DNA of 64,000 nt from a virus, in IMG/VR virus record IMGVR_UViG_3300043811_000226. One strand, 5' to 3'. A program made the position numbers and the translations under genes. Under the pieces are notes generated by a model that did not search any database, was not told the origin of the DNA, and saw only the letters and a program-made list of their open reading frames with translations. Of the stretch, positions 26,048 through 34,012 are shown piece after piece. How positions within the stretch are numbered: the stretch's first letter is position 1; the number at the start of each line of letters is the position of its first letter.

Positions 26048-26695
26048 ATGCAAGCAAACAAGGTTCTTCTGGTGGCGGTACTTCTCTTGGTCAGTGGTTG
26101 CGGGGTTGCCGCGGGAGGCACGGGGGACAACCCGTCAAGCGGCAGCAGCGGTGGAAGTAGCAGCGGCAGCGTCGGGTCCGGCCAGTGCTGCTCGAACCCC
26201 GGTGCGGTGGGTCCCCAAGGTCCTGCCGGTCCGATGGGTGCCCAAGGTCCAGCAGGGGCAACCGGCGCTCGAGGAGCAACAGGAGCCACCGGTCCCCAAG
26301 GTCCCGCAGGCAGCCCCGGATCTGACGGCCAGGCCGGTGCGCAGGGTCCCGCGGGCGCCGCGGGGACGCCGGGCGCGGCGGGCGCGCAAGGACCGCAGGG
26401 TCCCGCCGGCGCGGCGGGCGCACCTGGCCTGCTCACCAGCAAGGCGAGCATCTACACGGTGACGACCGTCAGCGTCGGCGGCACCAACGGCACGGGCACC
26501 GCCGACGCAGCATGCAAGGGGGTCAACGACATCCTGCTCAACGGCGGCTGCTCCGTGCAGAACTACGGCGTCGAACTCTCGGTTCCGACGAACAACCCTG
26601 CAGGCACAGCGAGCTACTGGACGTGCACCGTGAACCCCGGCATCTCGCCGGTGCCCTCGGTCACGGCCATGGCGACTTGCATCACGGTCCCGTGA
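26048..26695 (+). CDS. collagen-like lipoprotein
   Basis: lipobox LLLVSGC; about 25 Gly-X-Y triplets; C-terminal four-Cys domain (C...GGC...WTC...ATC). Confidence 0.85.
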   Translation: MQANKVLLVAVLLLVSGCGVAAGGTGDNPSSGSSGGSSSGSVGSGQCCSNPGAVGPQGPAGPMGAQGPAGATGARGATGATGPQGPAGSPGSDGQAGAQGPAGAAGTPGAAGAQGPQGPAGAAGAPGLLTSKASIYTVTTVSVGGTNGTGTADAACKGVNDILLNGGCSVQNYGVELSVPTNNPAGTASYWTCTVNPGISPVPSVTAMATCITVP

Positions 26696-26713
26696 GGAAG
26701 AAAGGAGAACAAC

Positions 26714-26974
26714 ATGATCAGCATCCTGTGCGTGAGGTCGGTGGCGAAGGCCTTCTTGGCACTCGACCGTCCCCTCGAACGGCTGCACAGGCTCACCAGC
26801 CTGCTCGCAGGCACACGCGAAGTGAAACCGGTGAGCATCGGAATCGTGGTCGACCGCGAGCAGCTCCATCGCATCGTCACACACCCGGACGTCGTCGCTG
26901 GGTTGGAGCTGGCCGAGACGCTACGGCGCAAAGGCGTGCTGCATGCCTGCTCTTCTTGTGGAGCGGTCGCGTAG
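26714..26974 (+). CDS. hypothetical protein (C-terminal CxxC)
   Basis: SD AAAGGAG; HACSSCG. Confidence 0.6.
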   Translation: MISILCVRSVAKAFLALDRPLERLHRLTSLLAGTREVKPVSIGIVVDREQLHRIVTHPDVVAGLELAETLRRKGVLHACSSCGAVA

Positions 26975-27039
26975 CAAACACGAAGGGCACAAGGGAACAA
27001 GAACATAGGGGCGCACTGCCCACCGTAGGAGGCACGGCC

Positions 27040-27492
27040 ATGGAAGGACAAGAACCTGGACTGCGCGCGCAGCTCAGTGCGCAGCAGAGACGGCAGCTGG
27101 AGTACCTCGGACTGACCTCGGAGCAAAAGCCGAGAGAATCCGGGGATAAGAACAGTGGAAGGACAGTAGTTCCGACCACCCAAACCAAGAAGGAGGACAT
27201 CCACATGGAAGCCACGACTCAGGAGACGAACAGGACGCGCAACGAAGAGAACAGCAGCCACCCGGCGGTGGACGCCGTCGAGCGGAACACGAACCGCATG
27301 GCCAACGCCGCCGAGGCTCTGGTCGGCAGGTTCGACCGGCAGCACAGCTTCAAGGCCGAGGCCATCCGCGTTGGCGCGACGGCCGTGGCCACGGGCATCG
27401 TGACCGGCCTCGTCGTCGTTGGCATGCAGGCGCTGCTGATGCCGGACACGGTCAAGGTCGAGCAGGTCGTTCCCGGCACGCCGAAGAAGTAG
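27040..27492 (+). CDS. membrane protein with two in-frame starts (27040 and 27205)
   Basis: both ATGs preceded by AGGAGG; C-terminal TM GATAVATGIVTGLVVVGMQALLM. Confidence 0.65.
   Translation: MEGQEPGLRAQLSAQQRRQLEYLGLTSEQKPRESGDKNSGRTVVPTTQTKKEDIHMEATTQETNRTRNEENSSHPAVDAVERNTNRMANAAEALVGRFDRQHSFKAEAIRVGATAVATGIVTGLVVVGMQALLMPDTVKVEQVVPGTPKK
27124..27151 (+). promoter_or_regulatory. conserved bipartite promoter-like motif (copy b)
   Basis: CAAAAG-N16-ATAAGA, then ACAG-TGGAAGG. Confidence 0.7.
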
Positions 27493-27506
27493 GTCGGCTG
27501 GGTGAG

Positions 27507-27534
27507 AGTGCTGCCCTTCGGGGCGGCACTTTTC
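27507..27534 (+). terminator. intrinsic terminator
   Basis: AGTGCTGCCC-TTCG-GGGCGGCACT then TTTC. Confidence 0.75.
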
Positions 27535-27556
27535 ACTTAGCCTCTCAGGGGTTCAG

Positions 27557-27584
27557 CAAAAGCGCCTCACGCCGCGGCATAAGA
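27557..27584 (+). promoter_or_regulatory. conserved bipartite promoter-like motif (copy c)
   Basis: CAAAAG-N16-ATAAGA, then CTAC-TGAAGG. Confidence 0.7.
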
Positions 27585-27588
27585 CTAC

Positions 27589-27701
27589 TGAAGGGTCCCA
27601 CCGCTCCCAAAGGGCCTCCTCCTTCTTGTCTGCGCGGGATGCCTTCACTCGGCGCTCATCCCCCTGGCCGTGGGGGGTGGGCGCCGTTCTTTTTTTTTTT
27701 T
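27589..27701 (+). ncRNA. candidate small RNA with exposed anti-SD loop
   Basis: bounded by promoter motif c and a strong terminator; 5' stem TGAAGG/CCTTCA plus TCCC/GGGA; loop CCTCCTCCTTCTTG; no ORF. Confidence 0.6.
27650..27701 (+). terminator. strong intrinsic terminator
   Basis: 15-bp stem CGGCGCTCATCCCCC/GGGGGGTGGGCGCCG, then TTC and a run of 12 T. Confidence 0.85.
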
Positions 27702-27798
27702 AGGGTCTGTGCCTACTGCTCCACACTTGACATCTTCTTTTTTACCCTTGCGGTGCCGCGCGACAGAACGTACATCTACAAGAAGAAAGGAGGACGCC

Positions 27799-28083
27799 AT
27801 GAACACGATGACCACGGAACTCGACAACGACAGGTACGACGCTGCCAACGAAGCCGTCCTCTTCTGTCTGACCTTCCTCTCGGAACGGGAAGAGCACACG
27901 GCTGCCAGCTGCATCGAAGGGATCGACGCCATCATCGACCAGCGAACGGGTCGCATCGCATACAACCGCCTCTTGGCGGCGCACCGGTGCACACGTGACG
28001 TTGCGGCGAAGTACACGCTCAGCACCGCAATGCACACGGTCGAGCGCGCGCTTCACGTACAGGCTCTCCTAGCTGCGAGCTGA
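27799..28083 (+). CDS. hypothetical protein
   Basis: SD AAAGGAGG before ATG 27799. Confidence 0.6.
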   Translation: MNTMTTELDNDRYDAANEAVLFCLTFLSEREEHTAASCIEGIDAIIDQRTGRIAYNRLLAAHRCTRDVAAKYTLSTAMHTVERALHVQALLAAS

Positions 28084-28085
28084 CG

Positions 28086-28114
28086 CAAAAGTCTCCTCCT
28101 AGCGCGGCATAAGA
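28086..28114 (+). promoter_or_regulatory. conserved bipartite promoter-like motif (copy d)
   Basis: CAAAAG-N17-ATAAGA, then CCTC-TGGCGG. Confidence 0.7.
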
Positions 28115-28158
28115 CCTCTGGCGGACACCAGAGTGTCTGCCGACGCTAGGAGGAGACC

Positions 28159-28839
28159 ATGCGTTGTTTTCAGGTCATGGAAGAAGTGAAGCAGGGCATC
28201 CCCGTACTCATCGGGAGTGGAGAAGAAGGGCACGTCGCCCCATACCTACCAACGCCACCAGGCTGCACCATGCGGCTCCTGCTCGACACGCAGATCACAG
28301 ACTGCGTCAAGGACTGCTTCAACACCGATCCCGACTATCCCCACGCACTCAAAGACGTGAACGTCGAGTTCGGCGACGGCTTCATCCTGTTCAGAGGGAA
28401 GAAGAAGCACGGAAGGCTACACGACAGGCAGTGCTTGGTACGCGTAGTGACTGCCGGGGGTGTTGGCGGCAAGGTAAGGCTTACCTCGAACTCGTACGTG
28501 ACGCAGCTGAGAGGGCGCAAGGTTCCGGAAGTCCAGAGGGCGTACAACGCCTTCCCGGACGATGGTGTGCTCACCTTCTGCACAGCTGAAGAGCTCGAGC
28601 GCATCAACGAGGGGGTCGATTACCTCGACGTCGTGCTCGTCATGCACAAGGGAGCGAGCTTCCGCATACAGCGCAACGGTGCACTGGAGGGGGCCAGTCC
28701 CTGGATGTCAATTCAGTGGACAGGTGAAGGTATCTTCATGGACAACCGTGATGGTCGCTTCGACCAAAACGGCAACAGGGTCTACCGACGGTCGGCTGCT
28801 CCCTTAGTAGAGGCAGCTGTACCAGCCGCGGCTGAGTGA
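28159..28839 (+). CDS. hypothetical protein
   Basis: SD AGGAGGAG; 226 aa. Confidence 0.65.
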   Translation: MRCFQVMEEVKQGIPVLIGSGEEGHVAPYLPTPPGCTMRLLLDTQITDCVKDCFNTDPDYPHALKDVNVEFGDGFILFRGKKKHGRLHDRQCLVRVVTAGGVGGKVRLTSNSYVTQLRGRKVPEVQRAYNAFPDDGVLTFCTAEELERINEGVDYLDVVLVMHKGASFRIQRNGALEGASPWMSIQWTGEGIFMDNRDGRFDQNGNRVYRRSAAPLVEAAVPAAAE

Positions 28840-29153
28840 GTAGGGTGGGGGGTGGAGCCGTTGGCTGCCCCCTTTTCCTTAGCCACCGGCTGGTCCTTCT
28901 TGGGAGCCGCCTTGCGGTCCGGAGACACACCCTCTATGCGCTTGCCGATCTGCTCGAGCAGCGCGCGCACGGTGCGCTGACAGGGCCCACAGAGGTCCTC
29001 GAAGGAGACGACGAACTCCTTGCCTTCAGCGTCCTGGAGTCTCGCCGAGAACGCGTGGCTCGGAGAGGGAACCGTCTCCGGCTCCACCCCCGGCCGCGTC
29101 TCCACCCTCTGGCACCTCGAACACTCGATCTCCACGACTTGTTTCCGGGCCAT
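28782..29153 (-). CDS. Zn-ribbon protein with Lsr2-N-terminus-like pattern
   Basis: MARKQVVEIECSRC...FEDLCGPCQRTVRALLEQI; basic tail. Confidence 0.45.
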   Translation of the reverse strand: MARKQVVEIECSRCQRVETRPGVEPETVPSPSHAFSARLQDAEGKEFVVSFEDLCGPCQRTVRALLEQIGKRIEGVSPDRKAAPKKDQPVAKEKGAANGSTPHPTHSAAAGTAASTKGAADRR

Positions 29154-29337
29154 CGCCTTCATCTCCTTCGTTGTGCGTCTTGAAGTACAAGTAGGTCTTC
29201 AAGATCGCGATTTCGGATCGAACGAGTGGGTCGTTGCCCTTGGCGCGGAACCACGTCTCGAACGCACGGATGTCTTCCTCGACCGTGCTCTCCAGCGTCT
29301 TGCCTTCTTCTACAGCTCCTACTACCACCGTCAGCAT
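29026..29337 (-). CDS. hypothetical protein
   Basis: SD AGGAGG before ATG 29337; DPLVRSEIAILKTYLYFK; 3' part overlaps the next gene. Confidence 0.55.
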   Translation of the reverse strand: MLTVVVGAVEEGKTLESTVEEDIRAFETWFRAKGNDPLVRSEIAILKTYLYFKTHNEGDEGDGPETSRGDRVFEVPEGGDAAGGGAGDGSLSEPRVLGETPGR

Positions 29338-29339
29338 CA

Positions 29340-29367
29340 CAAATCCTCCTGCGGTTCGGGGATAAGA
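29340..29367 (+). promoter_or_regulatory. conserved bipartite promoter-like motif (copy e)
   Basis: CAAATC-N16-ATAAGA, then AGCA-TGGAGG. Confidence 0.6.
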
Positions 29368-29382
29368 AGCATGGAGGTCCCC

Positions 29383-29625
29383 ATGTTGAAAGGCTTTGAA
29401 CTCTTCCACGTTCTCGAGACACTTGATGCGCAGGAGCGCGAAGCGACGGCCGCCCTACACCAATGCCAGGCGCGCCCACGGCGTGAGCGTCTACCGCAGC
29501 TGCAAGCGGCCATCGACAGGCACGAACTGGAGCTCGTCAAGGAGCTGAATCGAGTGCGACGTCTGAAGGCCACGACCACGGTGCGGCACTCGGTGGCTGT
29601 GTGGTCTGAGGGAGGTAGTTGCTGA
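29383..29625 (+). CDS. small helical hypothetical protein
   Basis: SD GGAGGT before ATG 29383. Confidence 0.55.
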   Translation: MLKGFELFHVLETLDAQEREATAALHQCQARPRRERLPQLQAAIDRHELELVKELNRVRRLKATTTVRHSVAVWSEGGSC

Positions 29626-29672
29626 CGAATAGCGCGCGCCCGCGAGGGCTGCGCGCTATTATTTAGCCTCCC

Positions 29673-30095
29673 ATGCTTCGACAAGCACTCGACCGCGACA
29701 TCCCAGGCATCCTCCGGCTCGAGGGGATGCTCTTCTCCAACTCGATGAGCGAGGAGATGATCGTGCGCGAGCTGCAGGTGGGGCAAGGCTTCGTGCTCGA
29801 GGCTGCGACGGAGAACCCCGTGCTCGGCTACATCCTGGTCCGAGACGACGGCTATCTGCTCGACATTACCCGGCTTGCCGTCGACCCCCAGCAGCAGCGT
29901 TCTGGTGTGGGCACCGAACTTCTTCGCCACGTGCTGGCAAAGAACCGGACGACGGTTCTCACGGTCAAGAAGAGCAACCATCGCGCGTTCCAGCTCTACA
30001 CGAAGCACGGCTTCGTGATCACGGGACACTTCATCGAGGAGCGCGCGTGGGCAATGCGCCGGGACGTGGAGCTTTTGGAGCGCCGAGCGGGGTGA
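29673..30095 (+). CDS. GNAT acetyltransferase (RimI-like)
   Basis: ITRLAVDPQQQRSGVGTELL (motif A); NHRAFQLYTKHGF (motif B). Confidence 0.88.
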   Translation: MLRQALDRDIPGILRLEGMLFSNSMSEEMIVRELQVGQGFVLEAATENPVLGYILVRDDGYLLDITRLAVDPQQQRSGVGTELLRHVLAKNRTTVLTVKKSNHRAFQLYTKHGFVITGHFIEERAWAMRRDVELLERRAG

Positions 30096-30267
30096 CCGTG
30101 TACGCAGCGCCACAGCCGCCGCACTTCATCACCTGCTTGCCGTCAGGCAGTCGCTGCGATGTGCAGAGGTTCTGGCACTTCATGCAACGCTGACGACCAA
30201 CACCGCCCTCAGGTGTCTTCTGGAAGACGTTGCCTTTGTTGTCCTTGGTGCCGCGGATGATCTTCAT
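30031..30267 (-). CDS. small Zn-ribbon protein
   Basis: CMKC...CGGC. Confidence 0.6.
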   Translation of the reverse strand: MKIIRGTKDNKGNVFQKTPEGGVGRQRCMKCQNLCTSQRLPDGKQVMKCGGCGAAYTVTPLGAPKAPRPGALPTRAPR

Positions 30268-30689
30268 CAGTCGCCTCCGAAGATGATGGGCTCGCCCTCG
30301 TTCGCCGCCGCGATGACGTGCTCTTTCACGTGGGTCTTCTCGGCTTCCGCCTTCGCTTCGGCCGCCGCGAGCTCCTCGATGTACTCCTTGAGGTAGGCAT
30401 TGAAGTTGATGGCGTTGGTCTCGGTGACAGGGATGTGCCCCTTGATACCGAACCGCAGCTCGTTGAACAGGTCCTGGGCCACCCGCCGCAGCACTTCTTG
30501 CTGCGCCTCGATCATCTGGATGCCGTCGGAGAAGGCCTTCGTGTTGGTGTTGAAGGCGTCTTCGAGCTGCTTCACGCGCTCGGTGAGCGCCTGCATGGCA
30601 GCGAAGACGCTAGGTTGATTCCCCGCCTGTGGGCGGTGGGGTCTTGCTGCGCTTGCGCTTCTTGCCTTCTTTCGGCGCTGCTGCGTCAT
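30267..30689 (-). CDS. coiled-coil hypothetical protein
   Basis: ATG 30689 after AAAGGA; ALTERVKQLEDAF. Confidence 0.55.
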   Translation of the reverse strand: MTQQRRKKARSASAARPHRPQAGNQPSVFAAMQALTERVKQLEDAFNTNTKAFSDGIQMIEAQQEVLRRVAQDLFNELRFGIKGHIPVTETNAINFNAYLKEYIEELAAAEAKAEAEKTHVKEHVIAAANEGEPIIFGGD

Positions 30690-30975
30690 TCGACTGGGTC
30701 CTTTGCTTGGGAACGAGTTCGTCTCGATGGATGGTGAGGAAGGCGTCGCGCTCATCGAGCTCCATGCCTTGCTTCTCCATGATGAAGTTCATGCAGTAGA
30801 GGATGGACTCCTGCGCCACGATACGGTCGGCGGGTTCCACCTGCTCACAGATGACGGTCTTCTTCGCCTCGGTGTCACCGTCGACGTAGTCCGTCTTGAT
30901 GATGCGCAGGATGTGCTCGAGGAAAGAGACGTTGTGCGCCCTGAACTTCCTCTTTTTTTCGTTGCTTTCACTCAT
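30610..30975 (-). CDS. hypothetical protein
   Basis: ATGA coupling to the upstream gene; GC3 bias. Confidence 0.55.
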   Translation of the reverse strand: MSESNEKKRKFRAHNVSFLEHILRIIKTDYVDGDTEAKKTVICEQVEPADRIVAQESILYCMNFIMEKQGMELDERDAFLTIHRDELVPKQRTQSNDAAAPKEGKKRKRSKTPPPTGGEST

Positions 30976-31634
30976 GCGGATAGCAGCGCCTTGAAGCGTC
31001 CCAGTAGGTTAGCACCAGAAGAGGTGTCCTTGATGATGTTGCGCAGAGGATAGATGAAGACCTCGCGTTTGGCGCGCGCCACCGAGAGCTGCTCGCCCAT
31101 CAACTGCTTGCTCTGCTCAAGGGTGGCGGCCTTGCGCAAGTCGATCTTCGGGACCTTCACGTAGATGTCCGCGTTGTGACCGAGGCGCACGAAGTACTTG
31201 TAAAGAAGCCGGGCCCAGTTGTCGGTCGACAGGCGTGCGAAGATCTCTCCATGCACTTGCGTGCCCTTCCATACCTTCTGGCAGGAGGGGCAGACGAGGT
31301 GGCCGTAACCCTGCGACGCATCGGGGATGAGGCCCTGGCAGTCGCTCACACCCAAAGTCTTACCGGGGCACAAGTAGATCTTGCAGTCGCCGCCGCCATG
31401 CAGCTTGGCGCCGCTCTCCCAGAAGGAGACCGCGCCGGCGTGGGCGGCCCTACCCGTACGTCGGCTGTTGAAGAACAGCTCGATCTTGTACTTGGCGATC
31501 TTGCGAGCGGCGAGCTCCTTCTCGAGCACAATCATTCGCTGCTTGAGCGTCTCAATGTCCTCCTCGGACAGAGTAGGGGCTGCCTCGATCGGGTTGTCCT
31601 CCCCGTACTTGACCTGTTGTGTGATGACCGGCAC
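30972..31634 (-). CDS. hypothetical protein with Cys cluster
   Basis: CKIYLCPG...DCQG...VCPSCQK. Confidence 0.6.
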   Translation of the reverse strand: MPVITQQVKYGEDNPIEAAPTLSEEDIETLKQRMIVLEKELAARKIAKYKIELFFNSRRTGRAAHAGAVSFWESGAKLHGGGDCKIYLCPGKTLGVSDCQGLIPDASQGYGHLVCPSCQKVWKGTQVHGEIFARLSTDNWARLLYKYFVRLGHNADIYVKVPKIDLRKAATLEQSKQLMGEQLSVARAKREVFIYPLRNIIKDTSSGANLLGRFKALLSA

Positions 31635-31637
31635 GGC

Positions 31638-32114
31638 TCAACCTCCCCGCTGCTTCATTGCGACAGCTTCGGGGCCCACCTTTACTGTACCAGAAGGCCC
31701 GGCGCCTCGACGGCCCCCCGCCGTGTTGTTCCTGTCCGAGTCGACACCGCCTAGCGGAATCTCCATGACCTCTGCGCGCGCCGAGGGAGAGGTCTTGATG
31801 ATGTTCGCGATGTCCGCGTAGTGCCCCGCAATGCCCTCGCCTTGAAGAAGGATGCGCCAGGCGTACACCATACGGTTAGTTTCCTTCTTGATGAAGTACG
31901 ACTTCGAGAGGTCGACCTTCCATGGTCGACCGCGCTCCATCGCTTCGAGAAGGCGCCACATCACGATCTTCCAGTTGTTGCCGTTCAGCCCAAGGCGGTC
32001 GTCAGGGATGCGCCCGAGAAGACGCAGCTGTCCCGGCGTCTCACTCTGCGCGACCACCTCGAACCCCACCTTGGCGCGTAGCGCCGCGATGAGCTCCTTA
32101 GCTGTGGTCGCCAT
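31638..32114 (-). CDS. hypothetical protein
   Basis: ATG 32114 after GGAGG; MATTAKELIAALRAKVGF. Confidence 0.6.
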   Translation of the reverse strand: MATTAKELIAALRAKVGFEVVAQSETPGQLRLLGRIPDDRLGLNGNNWKIVMWRLLEAMERGRPWKVDLSKSYFIKKETNRMVYAWRILLQGEGIAGHYADIANIIKTSPSARAEVMEIPLGGVDSDRNNTAGGRRGAGPSGTVKVGPEAVAMKQRGG

Positions 32115-32583
32115 GGGCCTCCACCGTCGACGCCGTGCAGACCATGAAGGCCTTCTTGTCTCCGAAGAACAGCTCGCGTACGTCCTTGAAGAACACACGC
32201 TTGCCGTCTTCCTCCAAATACGAGAGGCCGTTGGTCAAGAACGTCTCGATGGAGTCACTAACCCACGCGATGATGTACTCGCCGAGCGGGGTCTTGCCGT
32301 ACGTGACGTCGACATCGGTGTCCTGCTGCCCACTGTCCAGATGGAGAAGACCGGTGCGTGTCGTCGAAAGGTACTGACGAACGGCCTCGAGGTCGGTCTC
32401 CCGAACAAGGACGTACTCCTCGCTGTTCAATGCCGACACGATGAGCGACGACGCCGTGTCAAGGTCGACCGGCTCCTCGGCTGCTTCCTCCCCCTTCAGT
32501 GCCGGGTTGAAGCGCTGCATCTCCTTGAGCATCGCGGGTGAGACGACACCGGCCTTGAGCACAGCCTTGGTCAGAGGGGTCAT
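32098..32583 (-). CDS. hypothetical protein
   Basis: coupled ORF in the minus-strand run. Confidence 0.6.
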   Translation of the reverse strand: MTPLTKAVLKAGVVSPAMLKEMQRFNPALKGEEAAEEPVDLDTASSLIVSALNSEEYVLVRETDLEAVRQYLSTTRTGLLHLDSGQQDTDVDVTYGKTPLGEYIIAWVSDSIETFLTNGLSYLEEDGKRVFFKDVRELFFGDKKAFMVCTASTVEAHGDHS

Positions 32584-33122
32584 TCTTTCACCTGCTGCAT
32601 GGCAACCTTGTAGCTCTTCTTCGTGTCGATGAGAGCCGCGGCCTTGGAATACGCCGCGCAGAGAATGAGCACGTGGTCCTCGATGAGGCGGTCCGTGAAG
32701 AAGGGTACGCCGAAAAACTCGTCATGCGTCACGCACTCGATGCCCGTCCAGCCCTTGTACCACTGCCACAAGTGCGTGTTGGCGCCGCCAACAAAGGCCA
32801 CAGGATTCAGCTGGTCGACCGACATCCGATGAAAGAGCCGGCCGACGACTACGGCAGCGTTCTCTTGCTCCGAGGGAATTTCCAGCACCTCGCTGTTTCG
32901 GATGATGGAGTGGGGCTGCAGCGTCTCGAAGTCGACCGAAAGAGGCTCCGCCTGCTCGCCGCCTCGAACGAAGCGCCGGTAGGTGACCTTGCCACGAGCA
33001 TCGACCGAGACCGACTGCACCCTCGACTGCTTGAGGATGGCCTCGATGCTCTTGAGAAACCCGGTCACCCCTACGTTCTTGGGGACCTCGATAGACCCTT
33101 CGACTTCCTCGTACTCCGCCAT
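32580..33122 (-). CDS. hypothetical protein
   Basis: TGATG coupling to the upstream RHH gene. Confidence 0.6.
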   Translation of the reverse strand: MAEYEEVEGSIEVPKNVGVTGFLKSIEAILKQSRVQSVSVDARGKVTYRRFVRGGEQAEPLSVDFETLQPHSIIRNSEVLEIPSEQENAAVVVGRLFHRMSVDQLNPVAFVGGANTHLWQWYKGWTGIECVTHDEFFGVPFFTDRLIEDHVLILCAAYSKAAALIDTKKSYKVAMQQVKE

Positions 33123-33301
33123 CAGACTTGCTCCTCGTGATCACGCACACCGACGCGTCGCTCCATCGCATCGGACTCTACCAGCTGCTGCAAAAACTGC
33201 GTGATGACTGCGGTCAGAGTAGTGTGCCTGCGCTTCACGACGCGGGTCGCCTGCTCCTTGAGTCGCGCATCGATGCGCAGCTGAAGGCGGTCTTGTCTCA
33301 T
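33122..33301 (-). CDS. ribbon-helix-helix DNA-binding protein (59 aa, not in the ORF track)
   Basis: my translation: MRQDRLQLRIDARLKEQATRVVKRRHTTLTAVITQFLQQLVESD...; ATGA and TGATG couplings. Confidence 0.7.
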   Translation of the reverse strand: MRQDRLQLRIDARLKEQATRVVKRRHTTLTAVITQFLQQLVESDAMERRVGVRDHEEQV

Positions 33302-33753
33302 GCAACCAGGCGTAGCCTCGCGCGGTAAGTAGCCGCTTCTACCGCCAGTCGCATGGTTTCGTTCACGAACTCTCTGACAGTAATACCTTGCAGGTCTGCG
33401 GCCTCCTTCAGCGCTGCTCTCAGGTCAGCATCCAAGCGCACCGTAGAGTAGCAGTTGTTGCTCTTGTTGTTGGCCTGCTCCGCGCGCGTTGCCCAACGAC
33501 AGTTGCTCTTCTCGTAGTTACCGTCGTTGTCTTTTCTATCGAGGCTGTGTTGCGGCGATGGACGGCGGCCCATGTCCTCGAGGAAGTTGCGTACACCATC
33601 AGGTCCGCGCCAACGAGCGCATACCGAGATGCCTCTTGCGCCGTACCGACCATACTTCTCGTCGTTGGGGTTCGTGCAGCGCTGGATCGCACCATGCAGT
33701 GCATTGAACTCCGGCGTACGTCGGCGCTTCCTGCTTTCTCCGTGAGTATTCAT
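33298..33753 (-). CDS. HNH endonuclease with C-terminal RHH-like domain
   Basis: YGARGISVCARW, SLDRKDNDGNYEKSNCRWAT; STVRLDADLRAALKEAADLQGITVREFV. Confidence 0.85.
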   Translation of the reverse strand: MNTHGESRKRRRTPEFNALHGAIQRCTNPNDEKYGRYGARGISVCARWRGPDGVRNFLEDMGRRPSPQHSLDRKDNDGNYEKSNCRWATRAEQANNKSNNCYSTVRLDADLRAALKEAADLQGITVREFVNETMRLAVEAATYRARLRLVA

Positions 33754-34010
33754 TGTGTCCCCGTCACAAACTTGATCGCGTCCAAGTAGTCTCGAAGACC
33801 AACGATTGACGAGTGCTTCTCGCAGATGAGGTCCAACACCCGTTCATGCGCCCAGTCCAGCACTTCGTCGGTCATCGGTTTGCCGACAAGGTCGGGAGCT
33901 AGCTTCGCTTCGAGCTCTTTCTTCAACCCACCATCATGGCCGATGAAGGTCGGAGCCCACATAAAGTTGAACGCAATGACTCCGGGTTCGATGCTGGTGA
34001 CGAGTCTCAT
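33750..34010 (-). CDS. hypothetical protein
   Basis: coupled ORF, GC3 bias. Confidence 0.6.
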   Translation of the reverse strand: MRLVTSIEPGVIAFNFMWAPTFIGHDGGLKKELEAKLAPDLVGKPMTDEVLDWAHERVLDLICEKHSSIVGLRDYLDAIKFVTGTQ

Positions 34011-34012
34011 GG

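Noticed and set aside
27727-27755. Perfect TTGACA
   Set aside because: No plausible -10 hexamer 16-18 nt downstream (GCGGTG), so it was not called as a promoter.
33128-33328. 66-aa plus-strand ORF from the track
   Set aside because: The opposite strand encodes a coupled 59-aa RHH protein that fits the operon far better.
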